Assembly (NCBI GenBank): GCA_025350175.1
Contig: JANXYF010000070.1
Span: 1 to 40,357, forward strand
Origin: Nitrosopumilales archaeon
Lineage (GTDB): Archaea; Thermoproteota; Nitrososphaeria; Nitrososphaerales; Nitrosopumilaceae
Direction of reading: 5' to 3'
Length of the DNA: 40,357 nt
Shown: piece after piece, positions 8,074 to 17,980 of the stretch
Layout: each line of letters begins with the position of its first letter
How positions within the stretch are numbered: the first letter of the stretch is position 1
Notes under the pieces: model-generated
Told to the model about the DNA's origin: nothing
What the model saw: only the letters and a program-made list of their open reading frames with translations
Databases searched by the model: none
Position numbers and translations under genes: made by a program

Positions 8074-9141
8074 CTAACTGTCTCGTTTGCCTTCTACAAA
8101 TTCTGCAAAGGCTTTCTTTGCTTCAGCATATGGCATCTGAATAGGAGGGTGCTTGAAGCAATATGATGAAATGCTTGTCATTGGTCCCGATAGTTTTCTG
8201 TCAAGTGCAATCTTTAGTCCTCTGATTGCGTCGATCATTATTCCTGCACTGTTATAGGCATCAATTACTTTGAGTTTTAGATCCAACTTGACTGGGATCT
8301 TGCCAAAATATTTTCCTTCCAAGTTTATGTAACATATTTTTTCATTGTCTATAAAATCAACATAATCACTAGGACCTATTCTCATAGGGATATCATAGTC
8401 TGCCATGGCCTTGACTGCACTTGTCTTACTGATTCTTTTATCTTCCAATCTCTCTTCATCTAGCATGTTAAAGAAATCCATGTCACCGCCAATGTTTAGT
8501 TGATAAGTTCCATCAATCTGTACACCTCTATCTACAAAGAGTTTGACAAGTGTCTTGTGAACAACTGTTGCCCCAAGCTGACTCATTACGTCATCACCTG
8601 CAAGTGGAATTTTTTTATCTACAAAAGCTTGTTGCCATTTTGGTTCAGAGGCAATAAAAACTGGAATTGCATTAAGGAATCCTATTCCTGCCTCTAGAGC
8701 CTGACTTGCATAATGCCTTACGGCATTGGTACTTCCAACAGGAAGATAATTTACAAGCATTTCTGCTCCCGTGTCTTGAAGAATCTTTTTGACGTTTACA
8801 TCCGGTTCAGAAGAGTTGGTAACAATTTGGCTCAAGTGTCTGCCTAAACCATCAAAGGTGGGACCTTTTTGAACAGTCACGCCCATGTGTGGCACTTCGG
8901 CTACTGTAATAGTATTATTTGGCTTTGCATAGATGGCTTCAGATACATCTTTTCCCACTTTGGTATCTGCAACGTCAAATGCTGCCACCACTTCAATATC
9001 CCCTGGTTCATATCCGCCCAGATTATAGGCAGTCAAACCTATTGTATCATGAGTATTTTCTGAATAATATTTTGCGCCTTGAATAATTGCAGAAGCACAG
9101 TTGCCCATACCTGCTATTGCAATTTTGATTTTCTTACCCAA
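8074..9141 (-). CDS. ino1: Inositol-3-phosphate (myo-inositol-1-phosphate) synthase
   Basis: GMGNCAS, VNYLPVGS, NAIPVFIAS, GDD..SQLGAT, YQLNIGGDMDF.N, KRISKT. Confidence 0.95.
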   Translation of the reverse strand: MGKKIKIAIAGMGNCASAIIQGAKYYSENTHDTIGLTAYNLGGYEPGDIEVVAAFDVADTKVGKDVSEAIYAKPNNTITVAEVPHMGVTVQKGPTFDGLGRHLSQIVTNSSEPDVNVKKILQDTGAEMLVNYLPVGSTNAVRHYASQALEAGIGFLNAIPVFIASEPKWQQAFVDKKIPLAGDDVMSQLGATVVHKTLVKLFVDRGVQIDGTYQLNIGGDMDFFNMLDEERLEDKRISKTSAVKAMADYDIPMRIGPSDYVDFIDNEKICYINLEGKYFGKIPVKLDLKLKVIDAYNSAGIMIDAIRGLKIALDRKLSGPMTSISSYCFKHPPIQMPYAEAKKAFAEFVEGKRDS

Positions 9142-9228
9142 CTTCGATAGCTAGCAAATAATCCATCATATTAATTACTTGTGATTCTGAGCAGAGGATT
9201 TTATAGTCCAGAATCGATTTATGCAATA

Positions 9229-10167
9229 ATGATAAAGCCTGGCAAACCTGTCAAGGACATTTGTATCAAAAAAGGAGATACAATTGATACCATATTTGAT
9301 CAGATGGCAAAGTCAGGAGGATTTGAATCAAAAAATCTTGTCGAGGGTCTTAATATTTTAACTTCAATGATAGAAGACAAAACATGTCTAAAGTTCATGT
9401 CATTTGTTGGTGCAATTGTATCAACAGGTCTCAGAGGTGTAATTACAGACATGGTAAAAAACAAAATGTGTGATGTAATAATTACAACCTGTGGAGCTTT
9501 GGACCACGATATAGCTAGACATTATTCTAATTATCTAGAAGGTTCGTTTACAATGGATGACAGTGAACTTATGGAAAAAGAGATTCACAGACTAGGAAAC
9601 GTTCTAGTTCCAATGAAAAGTTATGGTCCATTGATTGAAGAAAAGATGCAAAAATTTCTTTCACAAGTATACAAAGACGGCAAGAGAGAGGTGTCAACTA
9701 GAGACATAACAAAAATTATTGGAGAACAATTGGGTGAAGATTCATTTCTTTACTGGGCTGCCAAAAATAATATTCCTGTCATAGTTCCAGGAATAATGGA
9801 TGGTGCCGTAGGAAGTCAGATCTGGATGTTTTCACAAAATCACTCTGATTTTAAATTAAATATTTTAGCAGATGGAGATTTATTATCAGGATTAATCTTC
9901 AAGGCAAAAAAATCTGGCGCTCTAATGATTGGTGGAGGAATATCAAAACACCATACTTTGTGGTGGAATCAATACAGAGAAGGTCTTGACTATGCAGTAT
10001 ACATTACAACGGCTCAAGAGTTTGACGGTAGCTTGAGTGGTGCGCTTGTCAGAGAAGCAATCTCATGGGGTAAAGTTACAAAGAACGCAAAACAGACTAC
10101 GATACATGCAGAGGCAACTACAATTCTGCCGTTTATTTATTCGGCACTACTTGCCAAGCTCAAATAG
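9229..10167 (+). CDS. dys: Deoxyhypusine synthase
   Basis: STGLRG, HRLGNV, GGGISKHH, DGSLSGA..REAISWGK; ATG 9229 preferred over GTG 9181. Confidence 0.93.
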   Translation: MIKPGKPVKDICIKKGDTIDTIFDQMAKSGGFESKNLVEGLNILTSMIEDKTCLKFMSFVGAIVSTGLRGVITDMVKNKMCDVIITTCGALDHDIARHYSNYLEGSFTMDDSELMEKEIHRLGNVLVPMKSYGPLIEEKMQKFLSQVYKDGKREVSTRDITKIIGEQLGEDSFLYWAAKNNIPVIVPGIMDGAVGSQIWMFSQNHSDFKLNILADGDLLSGLIFKAKKSGALMIGGGISKHHTLWWNQYREGLDYAVYITTAQEFDGSLSGALVREAISWGKVTKNAKQTTIHAEATTILPFIYSALLAKLK

Positions 10168-10861
10168 TAAAGATATTTTTGCCGTAAATACTCTCAAATC
10201 CTAGATTAGAATAAAATTTTGAGAGGTTGTCCCTCTCATAAGTTTCAAGCATAAGAAAATCTAAATTTCTAGAGTTTACCTCATGAGATGCAAAGTCAAT
10301 TAAAGAAGCAGCAGACCCTTGTTTTCTCCTAGAAGGAATAGTACCTAGACAGTAAAGCCCCAAGATAGAGTTTTTTTCATACAATGCCATGCATGAACTA
10401 CTTGATTCGTCTACATAGTATTCGGCTGACGAAATAGAGTTTTTCAATATAACACTTACAGGTTCTGCCCACTCGGGACAATCATATGCTTCACAAAAAA
10501 TCTGTGTCCATGACGAAATGCTATCAGGAGTTATCTTGATTGCATTAGGTTTCCTTGATGGTAATGTTCTTTTTTTTAATACGTGTTGAGTGTCATGATA
10601 TACAAATCCTTTACTTTTGAGATTGCTCTCAAGTTCGGGATAGTTTAGAGAGTAGATGTATGGGGTAGAATGGTTTTTTTGAAATTTTTCTACTGATTCT
10701 GCAATCATTTTTTCGCTTGTACATGTCATATTTGTCAACTTGTTAAAAAAAAGATCATCTGCAAGTTTGGGATTTAAAAATAAGGTACCGCATTCCAATT
10801 GGCTGGCATTACTCCATAGTCCAGTAAAACCAATATCATTTGATTCTATTTTTGGAATCAT
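10160..10861 (-). CDS. GNAT family N-acetyltransferase
   Basis: LGTIPSRRKQGSAASLI (acetyl-CoA motif A) and FYSNLGF (motif B); ATGA overlap with the upstream gene. Confidence 0.85.
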   Translation of the reverse strand: MIPKIESNDIGFTGLWSNASQLECGTLFLNPKLADDLFFNKLTNMTCTSEKMIAESVEKFQKNHSTPYIYSLNYPELESNLKSKGFVYHDTQHVLKKRTLPSRKPNAIKITPDSISSWTQIFCEAYDCPEWAEPVSVILKNSISSAEYYVDESSSSCMALYEKNSILGLYCLGTIPSRRKQGSAASLIDFASHEVNSRNLDFLMLETYERDNLSKFYSNLGFESIYGKNIFTI

Positions 10862-12018
10862 GGTATGATTCCAAGTATTTCACAAATACGATTGAAATCA
10901 TTTGGACTAATTCCCTTTCCATTTCTTACATCAATACAGATTTTTTCTAGTGTTCGAAGAGCCATTGGAGAATCAAGATCATTACTTAATGATTGTACAA
11001 AATCATCAATTAGATTAGAAATATCTTCATGTGTTCTATCAGAGACGTTAGACTTTGTAAATTGAATTAAATCTAGTAATGGTTTTTTTGCCAATAGATC
11101 TTGCTCAGAAAAATCAATGTCATCATGATAGTGTTTGGAAAAAACATACAAACGAATGAGATTCTGGTCATATTTTTTAATCAAGTCCTGTACCCACACA
11201 ACATTTCCAAGCGACTTGGACATTTTTTCTCCTCCAGACAAAACAAGTCCCACGTGTACCCATGATTTAACAGGAACATCAGAGCCCGATAGAAGTTGAT
11301 ACTGTGCAAGATGTGCCTCATGGTGAGGATACAAGAGTTCCCTAGCACCTCCATGAATGTCATAATTCTTACCAAAATTCTCTATTGCTACAGCAGTATC
11401 TTGCATATGCCACCATGGAATGCCCTCTCCAAGTTCACTTTTCCACGAGAAATCAAAATCTTCAGTACAATTCCATAACATGACATCTTCAGGATTTTTC
11501 TTTCCAGGTCCAATATCTAATCGATGCATGCTCAATTGTTCCTTTGTTTGGTGAGAAATCTTGCCATAGTTTTTCACTCTGGAAATATCCAGATAGACAT
11601 TGCCATGAGCCATGTAAGCAACTTGCTTTTGAATTAATGTCAAAACTTGTTTTTCTATATTTGAAACATAGTCTGAAACATATGCAAGTCTGTTGATACT
11701 TTGTATGTTTAGTGCCTCAAGATCTTTTACAAATGCAGACGCATAAAATTTGGCAACATCTTTGTAGGTTGTAGAAGTTTCTTTGGCTTTGTTAAAGACA
11801 TTTTGATTGATATCTGTCATGTTCACAAGAACATCAGTTCGAAGTCCTTGATCATTTAAACATCTAGATAGAAGATCATAGGTCAAGAAGATTCGTGCAT
11901 GTCCTAAATGAGTATAGTCGTAAACAGTTGGACCGCAGATGAATATCTTTACAAGACTTTTTTCAAATGGAACAAAGTCTTCTTTGGATGATGAAAAAGA
12001 ATTAAAAAGTTTGAGCAT
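10858..12018 (-). CDS. Cysteinyl-tRNA synthetase-like ligase, truncated and divergent (MshC-like architecture)
   Basis: CGPTVY, HLGH, DIHGG, PHHE, KMSKS; 386 aa, ending after the stem-contact/DALR-like helices with no apparent C-terminal anticodon-recognition domain; WHIEC replaced by WHMQD. Confidence 0.85.
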   Translation of the reverse strand: MLKLFNSFSSSKEDFVPFEKSLVKIFICGPTVYDYTHLGHARIFLTYDLLSRCLNDQGLRTDVLVNMTDINQNVFNKAKETSTTYKDVAKFYASAFVKDLEALNIQSINRLAYVSDYVSNIEKQVLTLIQKQVAYMAHGNVYLDISRVKNYGKISHQTKEQLSMHRLDIGPGKKNPEDVMLWNCTEDFDFSWKSELGEGIPWWHMQDTAVAIENFGKNYDIHGGARELLYPHHEAHLAQYQLLSGSDVPVKSWVHVGLVLSGGEKMSKSLGNVVWVQDLIKKYDQNLIRLYVFSKHYHDDIDFSEQDLLAKKPLLDLIQFTKSNVSDRTHEDISNLIDDFVQSLSNDLDSPMALRTLEKICIDVRNGKGISPNDFNRICEILGIIP

Positions 12019-12026
12019 TTTTTGAC

Positions 12027-12272
12027 TTAACGTCCACCCTGAGATAGAATTGGAGTTAGCGTCACAGTAGAACGAACCTTTGCAAGTCGTCTAATTTTGT
12101 GTGTTATAATAGTCTCTAGTACAGATTGGGAATCAGCTTGTAATTTTACAAATATGTCATAGATTCCATATGTACCTCTCACTTCTTTTACTTCAGGAAT
12201 TTTTGTAAGCTCAGATATAATATCTACTTCAGAGCCTAGGTCACAGTTAACCAGTATGTAGAGTGATTCCAT
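12027..12272 (-). CDS. Stand-alone Lrp/AsnC ligand-binding (RAM) domain protein
   Basis: 81 aa; YILVN...GTYGIYDIFVKL...IRRL..VRSTVTL; no HTH. Confidence 0.88.
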   Translation of the reverse strand: MESLYILVNCDLGSEVDIISELTKIPEVKEVRGTYGIYDIFVKLQADSQSVLETIITHKIRRLAKVRSTVTLTPILSQGGR

Positions 12273-12340
12273 GAATAAAATCTGTTTTCGCTACATAAAA
12301 TGATATCCATATTTAAAAAGGCGTGTTCAATAACCCCCGT

Positions 12341-13060
12341 ATGGCAAATGATACTGTATTTGTAAGAGAGATAATTCCAATCGATATAAAAGATGGCTAT
12401 CTCATTGATGGTTTTCCATACACCGGTTTAGCTAATGCCATAGCAACTGAATCACTTGTCAACAACACATCCAAGTTTGAACTAGCAGGTGTTCTTGATT
12501 CAGAATCATTTCCTCCAATTAGCATAGTAAGAGATGAGGTGCCAAATTTTCCAGCAAGGATTCTAGTCAATAAAGAACTCAATCTAGCTGTATTTTCATC
12601 ATATCTCACTCCGCATGAGTCAGTTCATCGCGAAGTAGCAAAAACCATGTTAAAATGGGCAAGTGACCACAAGTGCTCATTTATCATCAGTAGCTCTGCA
12701 ATCAAGACTAATGAAGACGCGCCTTTTGTAATAGGAGTAGGAAGTACAGGTGAGGCAAAGAAAAAGCTACTGGATGTAAACATTCCAGTATTAAAAAATG
12801 GTACCATTCCAGGAATTCCAGGAATTTTGCTAAATGAAGGACTGTTATCAAATATCAATGTCATAGTACTGTTGTGCAAAGCTAGGGAATCAGGTCCTGA
12901 TTATAGAGCAGGTGCTGAGATTTGCATGGCAATGTCAAAACTAGTTCCAGGGGCTTCATGTGATCTTAAATCATTACTAAACGAAGCTGAAGGCATTGAA
13001 GAACACCTCAAACAGACCGAGCAAGATGCAGGTCCAATTCGAGATGCAATTTACGGATGA
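12341..13060 (+). CDS. Proteasome assembly chaperone (PAC2) family protein
   Basis: DGFPYTGLANAIA, FPPIS, GIPGILL, GPDYRAGA; C-terminal IYG (HbYX). Confidence 0.85.
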   Translation: MANDTVFVREIIPIDIKDGYLIDGFPYTGLANAIATESLVNNTSKFELAGVLDSESFPPISIVRDEVPNFPARILVNKELNLAVFSSYLTPHESVHREVAKTMLKWASDHKCSFIISSSAIKTNEDAPFVIGVGSTGEAKKKLLDVNIPVLKNGTIPGIPGILLNEGLLSNINVIVLLCKARESGPDYRAGAEICMAMSKLVPGASCDLKSLLNEAEGIEEHLKQTEQDAGPIRDAIYG

Positions 13061-13305
13061 CATACCAAGAACATTCCATTTCAATAGATAACTTGGAGAA
13101 ATTTTTAAGAACTTTAGATTCTGATGAAGGTATAAGAATTGATAATGAATCAGGTCATGTATTTATCAACAAAACTTCAAAAAGATATTGTATAAATATT
13201 TCAAATAATAACAAAGATGAATTCATCTACAAAGATACCGTACGAGAAACAATTGATTTTCTAAAAAACATCATAACCCAAACATCAAAAATTTTTGCGT
13301 ATTAG
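13057..13305 (+). CDS. Hypothetical protein
   Basis: 82 aa ORF with ATGA overlap to the upstream gene. Confidence 0.7.
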   Translation: MTYQEHSISIDNLEKFLRTLDSDEGIRIDNESGHVFINKTSKRYCINISNNNKDEFIYKDTVRETIDFLKNIITQTSKIFAY

Positions 13306-13310
13306 AAATT

Positions 13311-13568
13311 TTATCCACAATCTAATTCTTCAACATCAGATTTACATTGAGAGTTAAATTGAGATATTTTTGTATTTAGCATGTCACAGGTTTGAGAATC
13401 TTTTGCCACATCATATTTTTGTATTTGAATAGCAATATCCAGCTGACGCAATGGGCAGACATTTGAGGATTCGGCATCATATGAGACAAATGCAAGAATT
13501 GAACCAACTACAATTATAATTAAAATCCACTTTTGCTGCTTATTGAGGGTTTTAACTTTTGGAAACAT
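13311..13568 (-). CDS. Hypothetical membrane-anchored protein with 4 Cys
   Basis: N-terminal TM segment, Cys-containing soluble part; directly follows alba. Confidence 0.65.
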   Translation of the reverse strand: MFPKVKTLNKQQKWILIIIVVGSILAFVSYDAESSNVCPLRQLDIAIQIQKYDVAKDSQTCDMLNTKISQFNSQCKSDVEELDCG

Positions 13569-13830
13569 CTATCTCTATAGTTGAGACGTTTCTTTCTTTT
13601 CCATCTTTTGATATCAATCTCTCAGAGAAGATTCTCACACTACTCACTCTATACCCCATTGCATTCATTCTTTTAACTATCATTTGAGATACATCTACTG
13701 CAGTGATTATACTTCTGCCTCTTGCCTTTACGGTAACAAAAGGCTCATTTGCTAAAAGTGTAAGAGTAGCATTAAGATATGTCAAAATTGGTTTTTTACC
13801 AATAAAGACGATATTAGGCGGCCTTGACAT
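13552..13830 (-). CDS. albA: DNA/RNA-binding protein Alba
   Basis: VFIGKKP..Y, VKARGRSI..AVDV, RNVSTIEI. Confidence 0.92.
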   Translation of the reverse strand: MSRPPNIVFIGKKPILTYLNATLTLLANEPFVTVKARGRSIITAVDVSQMIVKRMNAMGYRVSSVRIFSERLISKDGKERNVSTIEIDVSKS

Positions 13831-13854
13831 ACGACAACTCTTGTTGTGTTTTAT

Positions 13855-14106
13855 TTAATGGTTAAGATTCTTTTTTTCAATATATCGCTGCAGGATATTT
13901 TCAATATCATCAGATTGCGATTGTTTTACCTCATCGATTACATCTTTTTCTGTTATTTCATAACAATTTAGCATTTCATTTTTTTCTTTATAAAATAACA
14001 ATATTTTTTCTTGATATAGACAATAGTATAGTTTATCAATTTCCATTTTCTCCGATCTTATTTTAACACCATCAGATTCTACTACAATAGGATAATCCAC
14101 ATTCAA
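13855..14106 (-). CDS. Hypothetical protein
   Basis: 83 aa ORF filling the gap upstream of alba, same strand. Confidence 0.7.
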   Translation of the reverse strand: MNVDYPIVVESDGVKIRSEKMEIDKLYYCLYQEKILLFYKEKNEMLNCYEITEKDVIDEVKQSQSDDIENILQRYIEKKNLNH

Positions 14107-14197
14107 TTTATGATTACAGGATATTTAGATTATATCAATAGATAAATTCCGAAATATAGCCAATAACGTAATAAGGATTTCAAATTATAAATTAATT

Positions 14198-15292
14198 GTG
14201 TCAGGTAGAGTTGTATTCCATATTGATTTTGATTATTTTTATGCCCAGTGTGAAGAAATACGCAAGCCAGATTTGAAGACAAAGCCTGTCGCAGTATGCG
14301 TATATTCAGACCGTGGCGGAGACAGCGGAGCAATTGCAACTGCCAATTATCTGGCAAGAAGATATGGCGTAAAATCTGGAATGCCAATCAAGTTTGCAAA
14401 AAAGAAGTTAGAAGATATTCCAGAGGCAGTATTTTTGCCTACAGATTTTGATTACTATGCAGAAGTTTCAGAGAGTGCAATGAACATAATCAGAAGATAT
14501 GCTGATGTTTTTGAATACGTGGGAAAAGATGAAGCGTATCTAGATATTACAAAACGGGTTGAATCTGATTTTAAAAGAGCGGCGCATCTTGCACAGCAAC
14601 TAAAGAATGTATTACACAGTACAGTGAAGTTATCAAGTACCGTCGGGATTTCATCAAACAAGATTGTCTCCAAGATTGCCTCAGACTACAAAAAACCAGA
14701 CGGTCTTACCATAGTAGAGCCAGAAAATGTAGAATCATTTTTGGATCCTTTGCCAATAAGATCAATTCCAGGAATTGGTAAAAAATCTGAAGAAAAACTT
14801 GCTGAAATCGGCCTTGAAACAATATCACAACTTCGCATGGTGGATGTCTTTACACTAAACGGATTATTTGGAAGAAAAGTTGGAACTTACATCTACAACG
14901 CAGCACGAGGTATTGACGATGAACCGGTATCTCCTAGACATGACCCAGTCCAGTATAGTAGAATTATTACACTAAAACAAGATTCCAAAGATTTCGATTT
15001 TCTCGTAAATGATTTAGAAAAGTTGTGCTATGATCTACACCAAGCAATTGTAAAAGATGGAATATTGTTCAAGTCTGTAGGGATACAATTTGTAAATTCT
15101 GATCTTTCAAGCAGAACAAAATCAAGGACTCTAAAAAATCACACGTCTGGTCTTGATGAATTAAAAAAAGCTGCAATCCAATTGCTAAAAGAATCATTAG
15201 AAGACCAAAGACTTCGTATCAGAAGACTAGGAGTTCGAGTTTCAGATTTCTCACAGATTCACGGACAGGTAGACATTACAAGATTTTTTTAA
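14198..15292 (+). CDS. dbh: Y-family DNA polymerase IV (Dpo4/Dbh)
   Basis: HIDFDYFYAQCE, ATANYLAR.YGVKSGM, DEAYLD, KIASDYKKPDG, IPGIGKK; C-terminal PIP-like QVDITRFF. Confidence 0.95.
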   Translation: MSGRVVFHIDFDYFYAQCEEIRKPDLKTKPVAVCVYSDRGGDSGAIATANYLARRYGVKSGMPIKFAKKKLEDIPEAVFLPTDFDYYAEVSESAMNIIRRYADVFEYVGKDEAYLDITKRVESDFKRAAHLAQQLKNVLHSTVKLSSTVGISSNKIVSKIASDYKKPDGLTIVEPENVESFLDPLPIRSIPGIGKKSEEKLAEIGLETISQLRMVDVFTLNGLFGRKVGTYIYNAARGIDDEPVSPRHDPVQYSRIITLKQDSKDFDFLVNDLEKLCYDLHQAIVKDGILFKSVGIQFVNSDLSSRTKSRTLKNHTSGLDELKKAAIQLLKESLEDQRLRIRRLGVRVSDFSQIHGQVDITRFF

Positions 15293-15774
15293 ACTTGTAC
15301 ACCTACTCGGGATGCTAGTCTCTTATGTTCGTCATGAGATATCCATTCCACGTGCAGATATTCAAATATCTCAGCATCTTTCATGCCAAGCCTTCTTGCC
15401 TCCTCAACTGCAATCTCATACGCCTCTATCTCGGTAGGCCTATCAACATATGCGTATGAGGAGTCATAAAGATCAAGGCCTTGCCTTTGTTGTTTTACAT
15501 GTACCAGTTCATGAATTATATCCAGATAGAGAATTTTTTTCTCTGAATTTTTGAGATGGTCTTTTCCTACTACAATTGATGCATCCTCATTTTTAACATG
15601 CATGTAATGGCTGCTTCCATCTACTATTACAGAGGTATTTTCAAACACGTCTTCTAGAACTTCATAAGATTGGAAAACTTTGAAAAGAATTTCGACTGTT
15701 TTAAGATTTACAAATATGTCTTCTAGAGTATAGATTCCATCTTGTAAGTCTCTATTTACTTGGATCCTGTTCAT
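15289..15774 (-). CDS. Hypothetical zinc metalloprotease-like protein (HExxH)
   Basis: IIHELVHVKQ with downstream PTEIEAY; overlaps the 3' end of the sortase gene. Confidence 0.75.
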   Translation of the reverse strand: MNRIQVNRDLQDGIYTLEDIFVNLKTVEILFKVFQSYEVLEDVFENTSVIVDGSSHYMHVKNEDASIVVGKDHLKNSEKKILYLDIIHELVHVKQQRQGLDLYDSSYAYVDRPTEIEAYEIAVEEARRLGMKDAEIFEYLHVEWISHDEHKRLASRVGVQV

Positions 15775-16696
15775 GTTTTGCAACCTCTAGTTTTTTGATA
15801 CGTTTTGTTTCAACATACGTAACGATGAGCAGGAAGATAAAGAGCCACGGTAGAAACATGATCTCTCCTGCTATACCATGAAATGATTCAAACTCATTTA
15901 CATTTGTAGATACCTTGAGGACAAAAATAGATAGCGAAAATATTCTTATTACGTTTACAGTTATTGTTCCCACTACTCCAAGTGCAAAGTAAACAATCTT
16001 TCTATTCCTTGGAATATTCATCTTTAACAAAAATGCCATCATCACAAGAGAATAGATGATAATACTGTGAACACCTGCAGATGGCCAGAACACTTGCAAT
16101 GCAAATGGACCATGGTCTCCATTTAGAAACATGACATTACTTTGTGAAGTTGCATGACCTAGATGAAATGCACCAATAAGAAAGACATCAAGTTTTACAA
16201 GATATGGCACTACATATTGCAACGGGCCTAGTGAATCATATGGGAAGAATGTATCAAGTGAAAGTATGATGGCAGTTCCTGCGGTATATATCGGGCCTGC
16301 AGGAGATATTCGAATCCATTTTTTACCAAACAAAATTGTCATACTTGCTATAAAAAATGCAGCCAGCACAATAAAGTCCCACATCCAGGTCCAAGAATAT
16401 ACTATTTGTACATGGAATTGAGGGGCAATAGAAATAAGGTAATCTTTCAAACCTAGCTCTAAACTGATGAGATAGACAATCACTATGCCTGCAAGAGGCA
16501 TTATTGCAAGTAATTTCTTCTTCGGAATCTCTAATTTTAGACCGATTAGTTCTGCAGCGATAAAAGCCATGGCAAAGAGAAATCCGCCCCTTCCTTGATT
16601 CCAGCCAAGACTAAATGAATTTGGAAATACAACCAGAGCAAATATCACAGGTGATGCAAGTATTGCCAGTGCAAATATGACGCTCTTGTTTTGCAA
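15752..16696 (-). CDS. Thaumarchaeosortase (archaeosortase/exosortase family)
   Basis: Multi-TM; VFWPSAGVHS (Ser in place of the usual catalytic Cys), NVIRI, FH..AGE. Confidence 0.85.
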   Translation of the reverse strand: MQNKSVIFALAILASPVIFALVVFPNSFSLGWNQGRGGFLFAMAFIAAELIGLKLEIPKKKLLAIMPLAGIVIVYLISLELGLKDYLISIAPQFHVQIVYSWTWMWDFIVLAAFFIASMTILFGKKWIRISPAGPIYTAGTAIILSLDTFFPYDSLGPLQYVVPYLVKLDVFLIGAFHLGHATSQSNVMFLNGDHGPFALQVFWPSAGVHSIIIYSLVMMAFLLKMNIPRNRKIVYFALGVVGTITVNVIRIFSLSIFVLKVSTNVNEFESFHGIAGEIMFLPWLFIFLLIVTYVETKRIKKLEVAKHEQDPSK

Positions 16697-16736
16697 TATA
16701 TCAAGTCCAGATTGTGTTAAATAAAAACTCTAGCAA

Positions 16737-17897
16737 CTAGAAAAAATCTGAAATTGATTTTTGCTTTTTTGCCTGATACAACCTACTGTGAGAAAGCCAC
16801 TCATTTTTTCCTACGCTTAATGCCTTGCAAGCATTGTCAAGCCCCTCTAGAAAATTTGGAACTATGGCAGGTTTTTGTTTTAATGCCATACGTACTCCCT
16901 CCCTTACTTGCCAAACACCGACAGGCACTGCATATTCTGGCCTTATCTCACGCAGTACCATTACAGCTGCTTGAGATTTATGTTCTGTAAGATATTCTGA
17001 TACTGCAAGTCTTGATGCAAAATGAGCGCCCGCAGTTTCAGGATAGTGTGTCATTCCGCGTATATCTTCAAAATCAGAACCAAATCCTACATCTCCCTTT
17101 TCATCATACCATGCTTCTTGCATCTCAAACATCCACCTGCTTGGAAACATTATGACACAAAAATAGTTACCCAGATGATTATACGAAAACACCAGAGTTG
17201 TGTCAAGTATATCATATTCGATTATTTTTCCTACAAGTGTTTTTGAGACAATGTCATCTGTTGCAGTAATGCTCCAGCGAGTAGGAACAAGTTTGCGGTT
17301 TTTGCCAAACATTCCAATGCTAAAGCACTTTTGAATTCTTGAAATCTCTATACCCTTATTGTAAAGACCCACTATGGCATCTTGAGCCAGAAGATCTTTG
17401 TCATAATATGACTTTTGGATCTGTTTATCAGAAGATGAGTTTGAAAATGTGGCAGATTTTATTTCTCCGATTGGTCCAAAAATAGGACTATCGCCATCAA
17501 TGGATACAACTGGTGAGGCGTTTTTTACAAGTTCCATCTGTGCGTCAGTTGACTTGACTGACATGGACATCTCTTGCAGGCTCTCAATGTATCGTTGTCC
17601 AACATCTTCTATCTTGACTGGTTTTATTCCTCGTACAAGGCTTAGCCTGTAATTTACTATATCCTCAAGATTTTTTCCAACCCATTTTTCTGGAGAATCA
17701 AGGATTGTAGTATCTCCATGAATAGGAGGCAACATCGGACCTACCAAAACTTTGGGATAACCATATGCTCCGACAAACACAGATGGCGGAGTGGAACCGT
17801 CAACATGATCAGATGAAAAGAGATGTCCGTAACGAGAAAGGTACTCTTTCCAGTTTGATTCAATTGCCTTTCGAATCTCTGCAGCAGTGCGCTTCAC
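16737..17897 (-). CDS. nreA: Nre family DNA repair protein
   Basis: GSTPPSVFVG.YGYPKV, LVPTRWSITATDD, PVGVWQVRE; C-terminal PIP box QKSISDFF. Confidence 0.9.
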   Translation of the reverse strand: MKRTAAEIRKAIESNWKEYLSRYGHLFSSDHVDGSTPPSVFVGAYGYPKVLVGPMLPPIHGDTTILDSPEKWVGKNLEDIVNYRLSLVRGIKPVKIEDVGQRYIESLQEMSMSVKSTDAQMELVKNASPVVSIDGDSPIFGPIGEIKSATFSNSSSDKQIQKSYYDKDLLAQDAIVGLYNKGIEISRIQKCFSIGMFGKNRKLVPTRWSITATDDIVSKTLVGKIIEYDILDTTLVFSYNHLGNYFCVIMFPSRWMFEMQEAWYDEKGDVGFGSDFEDIRGMTHYPETAGAHFASRLAVSEYLTEHKSQAAVMVLREIRPEYAVPVGVWQVREGVRMALKQKPAIVPNFLEGLDNACKALSVGKNEWLSHSRLYQAKKQKSISDFF

Positions 17898-17980
17898 ATG
17901 GTGTCTAGTATAATCATGCTAATAATATTATTCAGTTAATCTGTTTTGAGTTATATTCAGCTTGTTTGTAATTTTATAAT

